A DNA stretch of 64,000 nt from Fistulifera solaris (taxonomy: Eukaryota), in the NCBI GenBank assembly GCA_030295235.1, contig AP026126.1, positions 124,001 to 188,000 on the forward strand, given 5' to 3'. The notes under the pieces were generated by a model. It ran no database searches. It was given only the letters and a program-made list of their open reading frames with translations, and was not told the origin of the DNA. Position numbers and translations under genes: made by a program. Shown here piece by piece: positions 1 through 11,408 of this stretch; positions within the stretch are counted from its first letter, which is position 1; each line of letters begins with the position of its first letter.

Positions 1-2141
1 GATGTCTTCATCAGTCATGAACTCTTTTAACTCATGTGATGCCTCATTGTCTAAGCGTTGTAGGGCGAGGTCGGAGGCCACCATTTACAAGTCGATTATG
101 GAGCTTTTTGTATGCTGTCAGGAGACTGGCACTTGTCTTAGTGGGATATGGTTGTGCCCAGATAGAATTACTGTCGTAATCATAAAGCACCATGAGATAA
201 TTATTGCCGGTTGTAGAAGGCGTGATGAATTTTCCAGTTTGGTCGGTATAGATCTGACCGGTAGGTTCGATGGCGTTGACATAGCAGTAATGTGTACGAG
301 CCGTAAGCTGTGGTGGTTGGTGATCCTCGGCTGCATCATTGTCGGGAAACAAGATTGCATCCGATGCAGGATGGGGTTGCAGTTTGGTAGACTTCAGGTT
401 TTTACGAATTTGATCCATGTGCCCCTTGTGCATGGCTAAACTGCGTGGTGGGTATTTGCGGAGGCTGCTTAGTGTTAGGCCAGGAAAATTAGTGAGGAAG
501 CCACGTGCAGCCTCCAACGTTGATAATGCTGGCAAAAATAAGGAAGCATGTGCAAAAGCGACCAGTTCGGCGGTGGCAGAAGCACCAATCGCACGGGCTG
601 CGATGGGATGTGGCAGAGGGCATGGTGGCGGCCATGGTGCAGGTGTTACTGGGACATGGGGTACCGGGACATGCCAAAGGCCGGTACAGTGATCGCGGTG
701 ACCAGTGAGCACAATATTGGAGAGACTGTCGTGAACTGTCATGGTTGTGGCGTCAAACCGCACAGTATAGCCCGCATCGCAAAGTTGGCCAATGGAAAGA
801 AGTGAGCACTGGTGGAGTTCAGGGAAAATGTGAACATGCCATGCAGCAGGGGCCAAGCCAGGGAAGTCTAACACGCCTTCATGTGTGGAGGTAAGGGTCG
901 AACCATCTGGAATGGTGATGTGCAGAGGTTTGGTAGTAGGGACAATATTCAGGACGGGAAAATTGCTGCTGACGTAATTGCCGGTACTACCTGAGTCAGC
1001 AATGAGATGAGAGGGGGACCTGGGCTAACATTAGAATCAGATGGCGGAGAAGTTAACAGGTTGTTAAACTTAACATCGTGCTGTAGAATGAGCTCAGGCT
1101 CCCCTCGTCCCTATTCTGCAAGATTAGGTGCAGCTGCTGAATTGGCCGAAGAGGTGTGGCGACGTCCATTACTGTTTGTCTTGCCAGATTTTCCAAATCT
1201 CAACTTTTGCTGCCTCCTTTGCGGTTGGTGGCTGTAGCATCAATGTGGTGGCCTAGCTCGGGGTTCTTGCATGTGTTGCCATTGTGAGTCACAGTAGAGG
1301 AGGGTGGGTTGTTTGCTGCTGCTGCAATAGGATGGGCAAAAGTGGTGACCATGTGTGCGCCATGGTAGCCTGCCGCCCTGAGCAGTGAGGTTATGTTTGC
1401 GATCATTATCAGCTCGTGTGAAATGATCCTTAAAATTAGCCCACGTCTGCTCGGCTGCCGGTTTATCGCGCCAGGTCTGCAAATAGTAGTGGAAGACTCC
1501 AGATTTTGCCAACGCTTCCTGAGTTTTGAGGATGACCGTGGCATCCTGAATGGTAGGATCAATGGCCTTAATTTTTGCAATGTGGGCCCATAAATGCTCG
1601 ATAGGATTAGATGGATCCCATTGATTGGCAAGCTGATCACGATTGTTTTCGTAATCCAATGCCGTCATTTGCCCGTAATTGGTCTCCAAATATGCCAGGA
1701 AATCGCGAATGCTCACAAGATTGTATTCATGGAGGGGGTCAAGAAGTTCCTCGCGGTAGATGGGTGCCACTGCAGCCAAAATTTGTCTTGTATAAGATGG
1801 CAATGAGGGCCGTGTATGTTTCAAATTCGGCCACGGCGGCATCATAGGCTTGTCGCGTGGCTGTAATAACATACTGTGTGTCGCCCTGTTGGGGCACAGG
1901 TGGCGGTCCTGGGCTAGGCGGTGGAATGAAGTGCTGATTGGTTAATGCAAAATATTCGTTGTCGGGCATGACAGCTCAAATGACCATGTGCCCCGCCACC
2001 AGCGAACAGAACGGATTGCTTCCCGCATTTGCATACACTTGTCGTTTCAGGATGCTTAAAAGTATAAGGTGTGGGGTGTCCTGGGATGACATCAAGAGCC
2101 CTGTTGGGAAACTGGGGGAAATTGGTGTCGATGGTGGACAT
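1..2141 (-). CDS. gag-pol of first copia element (gag, in-frame UAG, protease, integrase); broken by single-base indels
   Basis: ORF pieces 1914-2225, 1976-2164, 1739-1969, 1240-1872, 1200-1640 and 44-874 join into gag-PR-IN after one-base corrections. Confidence 0.85.
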
Positions 2142-2208
2142 TGCACTGGTGGCAAGATCGACAATACAATTTGCGAATTGGTTGCTGGTGACTCGTGAGA
2201 GTGGCGAC

Positions 2209-2416
2209 TGTTGTCGTTGATGCAATGCGAGATAGATAAATGAAAGAAAAAGATAATTGAGATCTATTGATGGGAACCTCTATATGATGATAAGGTGATC
2301 TCAATTATTATGAGTTACGAGGTTGCTATCAAATGGTCGATCCGTATACTGGTGGATGCCGTGATCCGAGAGGGTTACGGGTTGGTCGGTTGACGTGCAG
2401 AAACTGGCTAACAACA
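2209..2416 (-). repeat. 5' LTR of the first copia element (208 bp)
   Basis: Bounded by inverted termini TGTTGT (2209) and ACAACA (2416), just upstream of the gag ATG at 2141. The partner LTR is outside the window. Confidence 0.75.
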
Positions 2417-3052
2417 CTATTTGACTTTTTGGTATCCTGAAGAAAATGTTCGGTATTTTGCAGAAGAAACACACCAAAAGGAATTTTATGGAGTCTCACC
2501 GTCTCCGGGTGATTCTCCTCGAAGTCGTGTTCGAGTACGACTAAACGTCTGACGTTGGATGTACCATGTAATATGGCTTGCCATGCGAATAGGCTGAGCC
2601 AACATCATTGTTCGACACGATGTTTTTGCAGAGTAGACTTAAGCTCTATGTAAACTTTAACTTTTCGCTAAGCTACTATGGATACACACGGAACACATAA
2701 CTGAGCCGGTTTTCTGGGCGGTTCTATTGTTGTCGTCTACGTTTCTGTACCCCCTCTTTTTCGGCATAGTTGGCTGATTGTTCGTGGGCACAGAAAGAAA
2801 TGAGCCTCCTCCCAAAGAATACACCCATTGGCCAACTCATTTCTCCGAACCAATGGCCACAAAATATGATCGTAATGGCTCCATATTTGTTGATCTGCCC
2901 AACGTCGCTTTTCGATAACCACAAGTGTAGGATGATATTTTGGTGCTCGGGGCCAAATATAATGTGAACTAACAGTTTCCTACTCTGTCGCAAACACATT
3001 ACATTGTTTACCGCCTTGCTTTTTGTTGCAAAAAAGATCATTGGTCTCAGTT

Positions 3053-3695
3053 TTATTTCCAACCAAATTTGCCGCGCCGTTGTGTGCTAGCCCATCTACA
3101 GTAGGAATAGATGGTTTTATCTCCCAATAACTTTTCCACTGTATTGAATTGCAACGCCAAGGTCATATTGTCATGTGTTCGATGAATAGTTGTATGACAC
3201 GGTCGACAAATAGTACACGTCGCTTGCAGGGCTTGTCGGACACGCTGCTTATTGGTGGAGTTCGAATCCGACTGTCCTATCCTATCGAGCAAAGACTCCA
3301 AACCATCCGATGACGGATCAGCGCCTAAAGCTCTTAACAATCTGGGTTCCAACCGACTCCATGTACATCGAGGTACCAAATGGTGTCGCGTCAATCGCAT
3401 AGAACGTTCACAAAGCTCACATTCTCCTTCTCCGAGATAGTCGTCGTCGTCGTCATCGTCGTCCATAATCGACCTCCTCTTCTTCACTTTGCGACGAGTT
3501 GTCATTGTGTTCTGACTCGATTCTATAAACTTTTCGCCAAAGAGACTGGGCCTCAGGCAACGCCATACCAAGATAATCTTGCAATCCTTGTTCGTCCTCT
3601 ACAGCATTAGCAATGGCGTCGGCTTCCTCATACGTCAAACAGTAACCTTCGTCGATGAGAATTTGAATGAAACGAGATAACTCGGGTGCTGTCAT
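3053..3695 (-). CDS. HNH-like (YisB-type) zinc-binding protein
   Basis: CELCER...LTRHHLVPR...CTICRPCHTTIH...LALQFNTVEKLL. The N-terminal ORF 3453-3695 joins 3053-3571 through one frameshift. Confidence 0.75.
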
Positions 3696-4358
3696 TACAT
3701 CAATTTATCAAACAAATGAACAATCATGATGATAATAAACAGGATGATGAGTAGATACGATATCCGAGTGCTTTGACGGTTTGTTTTTCTGTTTGCTTCA
3801 AGCTTAGTTTTACGGACCTTCCAGTTTCTCCTTCGTCGCTCACTCATCATGGTTATAAAAGCGCGCACACGCCATTTTGTGCGTGCGTGGACTGAAAAAT
3901 CATCATCGAGTCAGTCACGCAATGAGTCCCCAGCAACGACCCAGCAAGGCATACAGGTTTTACGGAGTACAATAAAAATCCGAAAGGTCGAAATGCTCTG
4001 CAACAAAATGACCCCAATGCTATTTTTTTTGTTATTGGAAGGTTCGTGACTCATGCATCCAGAAAAGTAGACCCGTGGTTCTATAAAGAAGAGAATACCA
4101 AACCATCTTGAAACAGGTTCTTCTGCTTTGTAGCTGATAGCACCATCGGACGTCGCCGACTGCGTTCACGTTTACTACGTACTTTCGGGAAGAGGGTCGT
4201 ATCGTTGGTCGTTAATTTTGTTACTCTGATGATGATTCTTGAGAACAACAAACACCTCCCTTTTGAAAGGCATCTTCCTGCATTCGAATCCAAATCAGGA
4301 TAGAACACGTTGTTGATGATTCGTTCGACATTGTTTCATCAACAATCCGCAATAAGTA

Positions 4359-4406
<48 letters not shown>
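4359..4406 (+). repeat. (AATC)12 microsatellite upstream of the 4483 gene
   Basis: Perfect tetranucleotide array read directly. Confidence 0.97.
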
Positions 4407-4407
<1 letters not shown>

Positions 4408-4482
4408 CAAGGCTTCTGTTACGAGCGACAGTTGCTTTGTTTTGAGAAAGGCATTCATACGCTTCTTTCCAAGTAAGCAACT

Positions 4483-6570
4483 ATGGCCACTGCGTTAATC
4501 ATGAGCAATAAAATGGCATGGGATAAAAATCAATCGACGACTCTTTCGTCGGACAACGCCCATTTATTTGAATCCGAATCATCATTGGTCGCTTCGGTGA
4601 AAGAAGAACCATCCGAAGTTTCCTTATCGTACGAAGATGACTTTGCGATTTTGCGCGCGGCCGATCCGCAAGTGACGGAACAATTTCACATGTCCATGGG
4701 GAAAAATCGTAGCAAAAGTCCGGCGACACGGAAACTACAAGCCGTCGAGTTAATGGCTCCGTTCTCCAAGTCAATGCCGAATTTGGAGCAGGAAGAAGGT
4801 AGCGAAAACATTGCCGCTGCGTTCGTTTCTCCCAAGCCTCCGAAAGAAACACTGTTTTATGGCTCCAAGCAAGATGTTTTTGCGTCGCCGGCGAGTATAG
4901 ATGATAATTCGTCTTGCAATAGTTCCAAAGAAGATGTCTTTTCCTCGCCACAACCTGTTTCGGTCGGCAAACCCAAGAATTTAGTCAAGAATGTGAAACC
5001 GGCTCCGATGCTGACAACAGCGGGGAGTCCAAAGAATAAGCAAAACATGAAAGCTTTGACGCCTCGTCGTCCCAGCGTCAAAGCAGTTGCGAACGGTGTG
5101 TCCCCAAAGTCCGATTCTTCTCCAGGAACAATACGTGTGCCGGTGAACGCCTTGAAAAAGACACAGACAAAGTCCCGATCTTCATCGTTAAAACGCAATA
5201 GACAACCCGAAGCACCAAAGACTAGCAAAAAGGATTTGAAAGAACAATTGTTGCGCACTTTGCTGGCCGATGCGAATCACCAGCAGAAAAACGTGCCGAG
5301 TGGATCCAAAAGCGTTAGCTCGAAAAGTGTCTCGACCACGTTGACTCCCACCGAAGTCGATAGTATCGTTGGAAATGTGAGTCAACATCATCGATCCCGA
5401 ACTCCGACGACGAATCATCGCATCAAAATAACGAAATCCGACTTGTTACAGAAATTGCAACACGACCAGACGGCCGATGGATCGGCAACGACAACCGTCA
5501 CCACTTCGACTTCCACGAAAAGCTCCAAATCTCCTACCAAGCAGAAACGTGTCATTAAGATTCGAAAAAGTGACTTGGAAGACAAAAGAAAGCAAATTTA
5601 GATGATTTGTTGGATAAGGCCGCCAGTGAATGGAAAGCGACACTCCGACGCAGCTCGATGAGCAGCGGAACGAAATGGCAAACGACGTCCGATGATCCGG
5701 CCGTACGAGAGAAGAAAGTCGAAAAGAAACGGCCGTCCTCACGTAGTCGTCGTGAAAAACGCTCCGTCACGGATGCGGAGACAATACTTTCTTCCGACAA
5801 AAGTCAAGCCAAGCGTACCGGAACTGCCCGTGAAGGATCCGAATTAAACAAAGATACTACAGTACCCACCAGTAATGAGGAACAAACTCGAGACTCGTCT
5901 CGCAATCGAAGTCGTCGTCGTAGTCCCCGATCTTACGAGATGTTACGTTCAGTCGATGATCATGCTTCACACGATCCTTCCACAGACGGTCACAGCAGAA
6001 GCCGCAGTCGACGAACAAGTGTGACGCAACCGTCTCCCGCGCGAAGAAAAAAGTCTGTTTGGCGATTTTCGTATGGGAGAACGATCGAGTCGGTCGACAC
6101 GAACCAGTGATGCCACTCGGCGCCCATCTATAATGGCATCTGTCGCCAAGAAATTCAGTTCCGAACGGAAAGAGCGCAGTGTGTCGACTCCCCGAGCCTC
6201 GAGTCCGTCCCTGGTGAAGGTCGACAAGGCAAAAGCCCGTCGATCACTTAGTAACCCACGAAGCCCTCGAAGCCCCGCAACAACTTCTGATGACAATAAG
6301 CGAGGCACTACGTCCAATCCGTTTTCACTGCATGGCTTGCAAAAGATGCTCGGCTTTTCGCCTTCGTCCAACAATGAAAAAATCCAGGTGGAGAGTTCTG
6401 GAAATCCCAAAGGATCATTACCATCGTTTCCCGACCGTGTTGAAAGCTCACGGTCTGAAATGAATAGCAAGTTACTCGCACGTATCCGACAAGCTGGTGT
6501 GACGGATGCCATTTTGCTCGCGTTATCGGAACAAGGTTTAGTGATTGTGGAACGAAAGGCTCTTACTTAG
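4483..6570 (+). CDS. Ser/Lys/Arg-rich disordered protein with a short conserved C-terminal motif
   Basis: ORFs 4483-5601, 5607-6110 and 6073-6570 are collinear and join by single-base shifts. Ends LLARIRQAGVTDAILLALSEQGLVIVE. Confidence 0.7.
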
Positions 6571-7210
6571 TTAAGATTGAAAGTTAATCACTACTATGCT
6601 GCTGCTCTTCTATTAAACAAGAGGGTACTTTAGAGTTAAACAGTTCATTGACTTGATTATAATGATGGGGATATGGGAAGTATAATGCAACCTAGGATTG
6701 GCCTAGCGTCCACAGGACTCATTGCTCGTGACTGCTATCTACCTCAAGGTCATCATCCTTCCAACAGTCATTGTTGGTGGTCATTAGAAACTTGAAGTGG
6801 GGAGAGGAGCCAGTATGGAAAATGATGTTGTACACCGTAACATGGATCACGAGTGAGGACTCGGTAGTAGAATTCGGCCCCTTCGTCGCTATTGACAAAA
6901 CGCGTTCTTATTGGTCGATTTAGTACATTTCGAATAGATAGGCAAGGTCGTCTAGTTTGGATTGTAATAGTTTCCCGACCAAATCAGGCGCGGTTTTTTT
7001 TTCCCCTAATGGCAAACGAATGAGTTGTTGTATGCGCTGTATGCCTCTTGTGCTTGTTGTTGCTCTTGTTGACAAGTGGTGGATTGAACTCAAAGGGGAA
7101 GCAAGTTGTTGAATTTGAGAGCTTTTGAATATCGCCTTTTCATTAAGAAATCAGAGGGATCGCTTTTTGCGCTATTTTGAAATTTTCGTACAACAAAACT
7201 GTGAAAAAAT

Positions 7211-9361
7211 ATGGTAGAGGTCACAAAAGAAAACAATGTCAAGTCGATGCGGCGCTTTTGGGGCGGACTGCGCGGTCAGGGCAAGTCTCAAGAATCGGTA
7301 GGGACAGACACAACAACGAGCGGTACGAGTACACCGGCGAATGAAGATGATGCCGTTCCGCTAATTGAACGGATTAAAATGGATATGGCCGCTTCTTCTT
7401 CGTCCCTGGGGAAACGTTCTGAATCGGCCAGTGAGCAGTCATTGACATCCTGGATGAACGAAGAGAGTCACTCGGTGTTGTCTCTGGTCGGCACGCGATC
7501 CATCACCAGCACCCCGTCGACACGTTCAGGCCGACCTGAGCCTACTTCCGAGGAAGCCGAGGCTGCGTCCCGAGTGAACCCTTTGTTGAAAAAGAAACTC
7601 ATCAAAGTCAAACGGACACCCGGAAGTGCAGCCAGTGTTGACGGAAGTGTTGATATTTCGGTTCTTTCGGCAATGAAAAGTGCCGGAAAGACCAAATTCA
7701 CCGCCAAAGAGTTGAAAGAAATGGGGTCGATATTCCCGCACAGCGGGGCCGAGCCGTGACCAAGGTGAAAAGTCGCTCGGAGGAAAGCGATAAGAGCGTG
7801 CGTCGATCTCGCAGCAAGTCGCGGGCGCGTGACGGAGACAGCTCGCGAGGACGAGACAAGTTGCGTTCGAAAAGCAGCGGACGAGCACGCTCGAGAGTTC
7901 GTGCTCGTTCAAGCACCAGTGTTTGTGGCAATGACGAAGAGGAGGCTACACAAGTTGTTCCTATTGAGATTCGTCCCAAGTCACCTTCGCAGGAAAAACT
8001 TTCGGTCAAGGAGCGTGCCAAGAATTTTGAGCAAAAGGTGAAGCGACAAAAGTCAAGGAAAGCAGCGCGTCGCGTTTACCAATCGTCTCGGGGGCTACGT
8101 TACACGACAGTGCATCACGAGGAAAAGATTCGACCGAGAAACTGAGGTCGCGATCGGTGCATCGTAGAAGCATTGAGCCAGAGGACCGCGGAAGCGAGTC
8201 GCCGGAAAAGTCCTCGCGAAGAAAAGACTCGACCGAAAAAACCACACGAAGGTCTAGGTCCGTGCATCGCAGAAGTACAGAAGAAGATGAACAAGATGCT
8301 GGCGAGAAAACTTCCCGAAGATCCCGATCCGTACATCGTAGATCCATCGATCTAGACGACCGTGATGGTGAATCACCCGTAAAGTCATCTAGAGCAAAAG
8401 ACTCGACCGAAAATTCTCCGCGAAGATCCAAGTCAGTGCATCGTAGAAGCATCGAACCAAATGATCGTGATAGTGAATCGCTGGAGAAGTCTTCTCGAGG
8501 AAGAGACGCGACCGAAAAAACGACTCGAAGGTCAAGGTCGGTTCATCGCCGAAGTTTCGAAGATAATACTGAACCACAAGTCGGCGAGAAAACAGTTCGA
8601 AGGTCCCGATCCGTGCATCGTAGATCCATTGATCTAGACAATGTTGATGATGAGTCGCCTGCAAAGTCGTCGCGAGGAAGAGACGCGACTGTGAAATCTC
8701 CGCGAAGTAGGTCCAAGTCGGTGCGTCGTAGAAGTATTGACTTAAACGATAAGGTCGAATCGCCAGGAAAGTCATCTAGAGGAAAAGATGCTACCGAGAA
8801 ATCTCCTCGAAGGTCCAGGTCCGTACGTCGTAAAAGCATTGACCATGAAGATCGTATTAACGATTCACCTGAAAAATCGTTACGGAGTAAAATTGTAACG
8901 GAAAAGTCTCCCCGAAGATCCCAGTCTGTGCATCGTCGAAGTATTGGCCAAGGAGAGTCTTCTGCAGAAGGAACAAGGCGCAAAAGTCTTGCCAGCGATA
9001 AGTCACCTCGCCAGAGATCCATCCCCATGGATGAAAAGGCCGGTCACCCCGACGATCAGTAACATCGTCGGGGAAATCTCCTCATCGGAGGTCGAAGAGC
9101 ATTGGACGAAGAGTGGAGCCGAAACCAAAGCCGCAAGAACACGAAGACGATTCTTCGTCCGAGGAAAGCATGCCTCCAGTTCCTACTCAGATATTAATTC
9201 GACCCGATCAGGAAGACGAAACAGATGAGGAAAGAGAAGCGCCACAGCAAATAAAGGGAAACAACGATGAAATCTACAGCAAAATCAAACATGCAGGTAT
9301 TACCCAGGAGCAATTTTTGGCCTTAACCCAGGCTGGATTAACGATTACGAATGAAGAATGA
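7211..9361 (+). CDS. Arg/Ser-rich repeat protein, probable distant paralog of 4483-6570
   Basis: ORFs 7211-7759, 7756-8145, 8157-9062, 8944-9228 and 9113-9361 join through frameshifts. Ends IYSKIKHAGITQEQFLALTQAGLTIT. Confidence 0.7.
8145..8950 (+). repeat. Coding tandem repeat, about 9 units of 23-36 aa anchored on RRS(R/K)SV(H/R)RRS
   Basis: Recurring RRSRSVHRRSI(E/D)...ESPxKSSR.(K/R)D.TEK in ORF 8157-9062. Confidence 0.9.
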
Positions 9362-10384
9362 AAAGATAAAATAATATAGATTGAACAATCGTGCACTCTC
9401 AACGTGTCAACTAGATGGGATACAGATAACAATCGGAGAAATGGAACACCGAACTTGGATTAGAGGATGAAAGAAGTGCGCTACTTGAATAAAATATTAA
9501 AGGTAACGACAATAAACTTATTAAACAGGCCGTTAGCAATTGCTGTAGCTTATAGTGGAATAGAATGACATGTTGACAGTCGACAGTGGTAATGATCAAT
9601 GATAGACTAACATCTGGATGGATTGCTAATACAAGTACCAAGTAAAGGTTGAGCGCGTTTTCAGCAAGCTTGAATAAATCCAAGGTGAAGAATAATTGAT
9701 CATCGAGTTTCGAAATGAGTTTGCAACAGCACGGTGTAGTGTCTAGTTAGTCCAACGTCTAACCGTCTAACCCTGGGCATTTGCTAGTTGGTAGAGATCT
9801 CACCATCTAGCTCCTTCGTTTCCCAATATTTTCAAAATTCAAAACCCTTTTTCTCGTTGCACATCTACATTTCGCTTGAAAACGTGAAGTACACTGCTGT
9901 ACTGGTGTACCGACAAGCAGCGTTTTTACTTATACACTTTGTGAAAGCTTGTAACGACTCGTGATTTGCTGTTATGCTTCTTTATTTAATGTCCAACAGA
10001 ACGTTAGTGATTTGGTCAGAAAGCGAATAAATGAGCCGTACTCAAGTTCCAACAGTAGCGTGCGACTACAGTTATAGTACTTAAGTTGCCTCCACGAGCG
10101 TCTGAGTATTGCCCGAGGATGACAAATGTAGCTCAGAAGGTCAGATAGAGTGAAGGGACAGAAAATCGTGTATGAGGAATACTGTTTATTCAATGGAAAA
10201 ACTTTTTCGCCGAATAGGGCTTAATAAAGAAGCCCATAAATCCTTTAATTAGCCCCAGCGTTTGGAGAGCCTTGTGCAGTCTTGAGCCACCAAAAAAACA
10301 TTCGTCTCCTCTCGCCACAAAACGAACCATCGGATTGCTCCAACATTACCGGTAACTAGTGAAACGGAAGTTATCCAATCGACC

Positions 10385-11053
10385 ATGCCACCCATTGTCT
10401 GGAATGACGGCGAATCAGCCGCTTCGGAATCATCATTTGATAGAAGAGATCTGCTGTGCAATAAGCGCGTACGATTTGATGATCGCTGCAATCGTGTCTG
10501 CTGGGTCTACTCGTTCCTTGACTTTCGATTCGACCTATGGTACAGCCGCGCTCAATATGATGATATTATGGACGAAAACTGGGACATTGTGGATCGAAAA
10601 ACAAAAGGAGGCTTCCGAGAAAGTCGGCACGACAGCTACCGTGGACTGGAACCACTGACACAAGAGAAACCCATCTACATGAGTGCCGTCTTTGCTGTGA
10701 TACAAGAACAGGAACGACTGTATCGACAGGGCGCTTACTGTGCCGAGAAAATTGCACAAGCTTCCCAAGTCATGTCACGCGAAGATAAACGCATTGCCTT
10801 GAAACACGCGGAGCAAGATTACCTCAATTTGTACGGCAAGTCGAAAGCCACCCAATCCAAAATAGTTTCGGACGACAAGAGCATCACCTCGACTGTTTCT
10901 TCTTCTTCTTCATCCTTATCTTCCTTGACACATTCGACAAAAGAGACACGAAAAGTATATGTGTCGCCTATCCGACGAGTGCAGCGGTTACTGAACCCCA
11001 AAAAACACTCCGATACCAACAGAGTTATGCCACAAGGCATTCCTACGCTTTAA
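10385..11053 (+). CDS. Diatom-type hypothetical protein (RVxF...WYS...RGLE family)
   Basis: 222-aa intact ORF with KRVRF, LWYS, YRGLE and AVIQEQERL motifs. Confidence 0.75.
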   Translation: MPPIVWNDGESAASESSFDRRDLLCNKRVRFDDRCNRVCWVYSFLDFRFDLWYSRAQYDDIMDENWDIVDRKTKGGFRESRHDSYRGLEPLTQEKPIYMSAVFAVIQEQERLYRQGAYCAEKIAQASQVMSREDKRIALKHAEQDYLNLYGKSKATQSKIVSDDKSITSTVSSSSSSLSSLTHSTKETRKVYVSPIRRVQRLLNPKKHSDTNRVMPQGIPTL

Positions 11054-11408
11054 TCATTTTTCATAGTCGCAGTAGTCTGGTTAAATCAATAAAGATTGCT
11101 CTATGATCCCTTTGATTATATCGCTTGCATCTCACAAAACAATCTATAGCCGGGCCTGCGTTATTTGTACCGCGTTTACGACTTGTCAATATTCATTCGC
11201 AACCGTTGCTTCTTCGCCAGTGCGACATAACGACGAGATGATGCATGACGACAATGATGAATGTGTTGCGATGTGGAGGTTCGCCATAAAACGTTGGCAT
11301 GATGATAACATCTCTTCTTTTCATTTGCAACTGAGCGCTGTTTTGTGCCCTAGTCGTCAAAAGAGGAGATCGGAACGTGCAGGATGTCTCGGTTGAACTG
11401 AATAAGAA

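Larger units (their letters stand above)
1..2416 (-). mobile_element. Ty1/copia (CoDi-like) LTR retrotransposon, 5' part; continues beyond window start
   Basis: Minus-strand order: LTR, gag (MSTIDTNFPQF...GGGAHGHL, QWDPSNPIEHLW), protease (IADSGSTGNY at ~975-1004), integrase (FAHASLF..., QIYTDQTGKF, VLYDYDSNSI, LDNEASH). Integrase directly after protease is the copia layout. Confidence 0.93.

Noticed and set aside
2430..3040. ORFs 2724-3062 and 2737-2922, with a PKYHP string reminiscent of IS630/Tc1 transposases
   Set aside because: No other transposase motifs or TIRs; too weak to call.
8006..9028. Long antisense ORFs over the RS-repeat gene, RPB1 and other genes
   Set aside because: Shadow frames of real coding sequence with no independent motifs.
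9405..9727. TGTCAAC...GTTGACA and TGTTG...CAACA bounded AT-rich segments as solo LTRs
   Set aside because: Competing boundaries, no TSD, PBS or PPT, and no second copy in the window.
9730..9810. tRNA-like start (GGTGTAGTGTCTAGTT)
   Set aside because: No T-loop GTTCRA and no acceptor stem.
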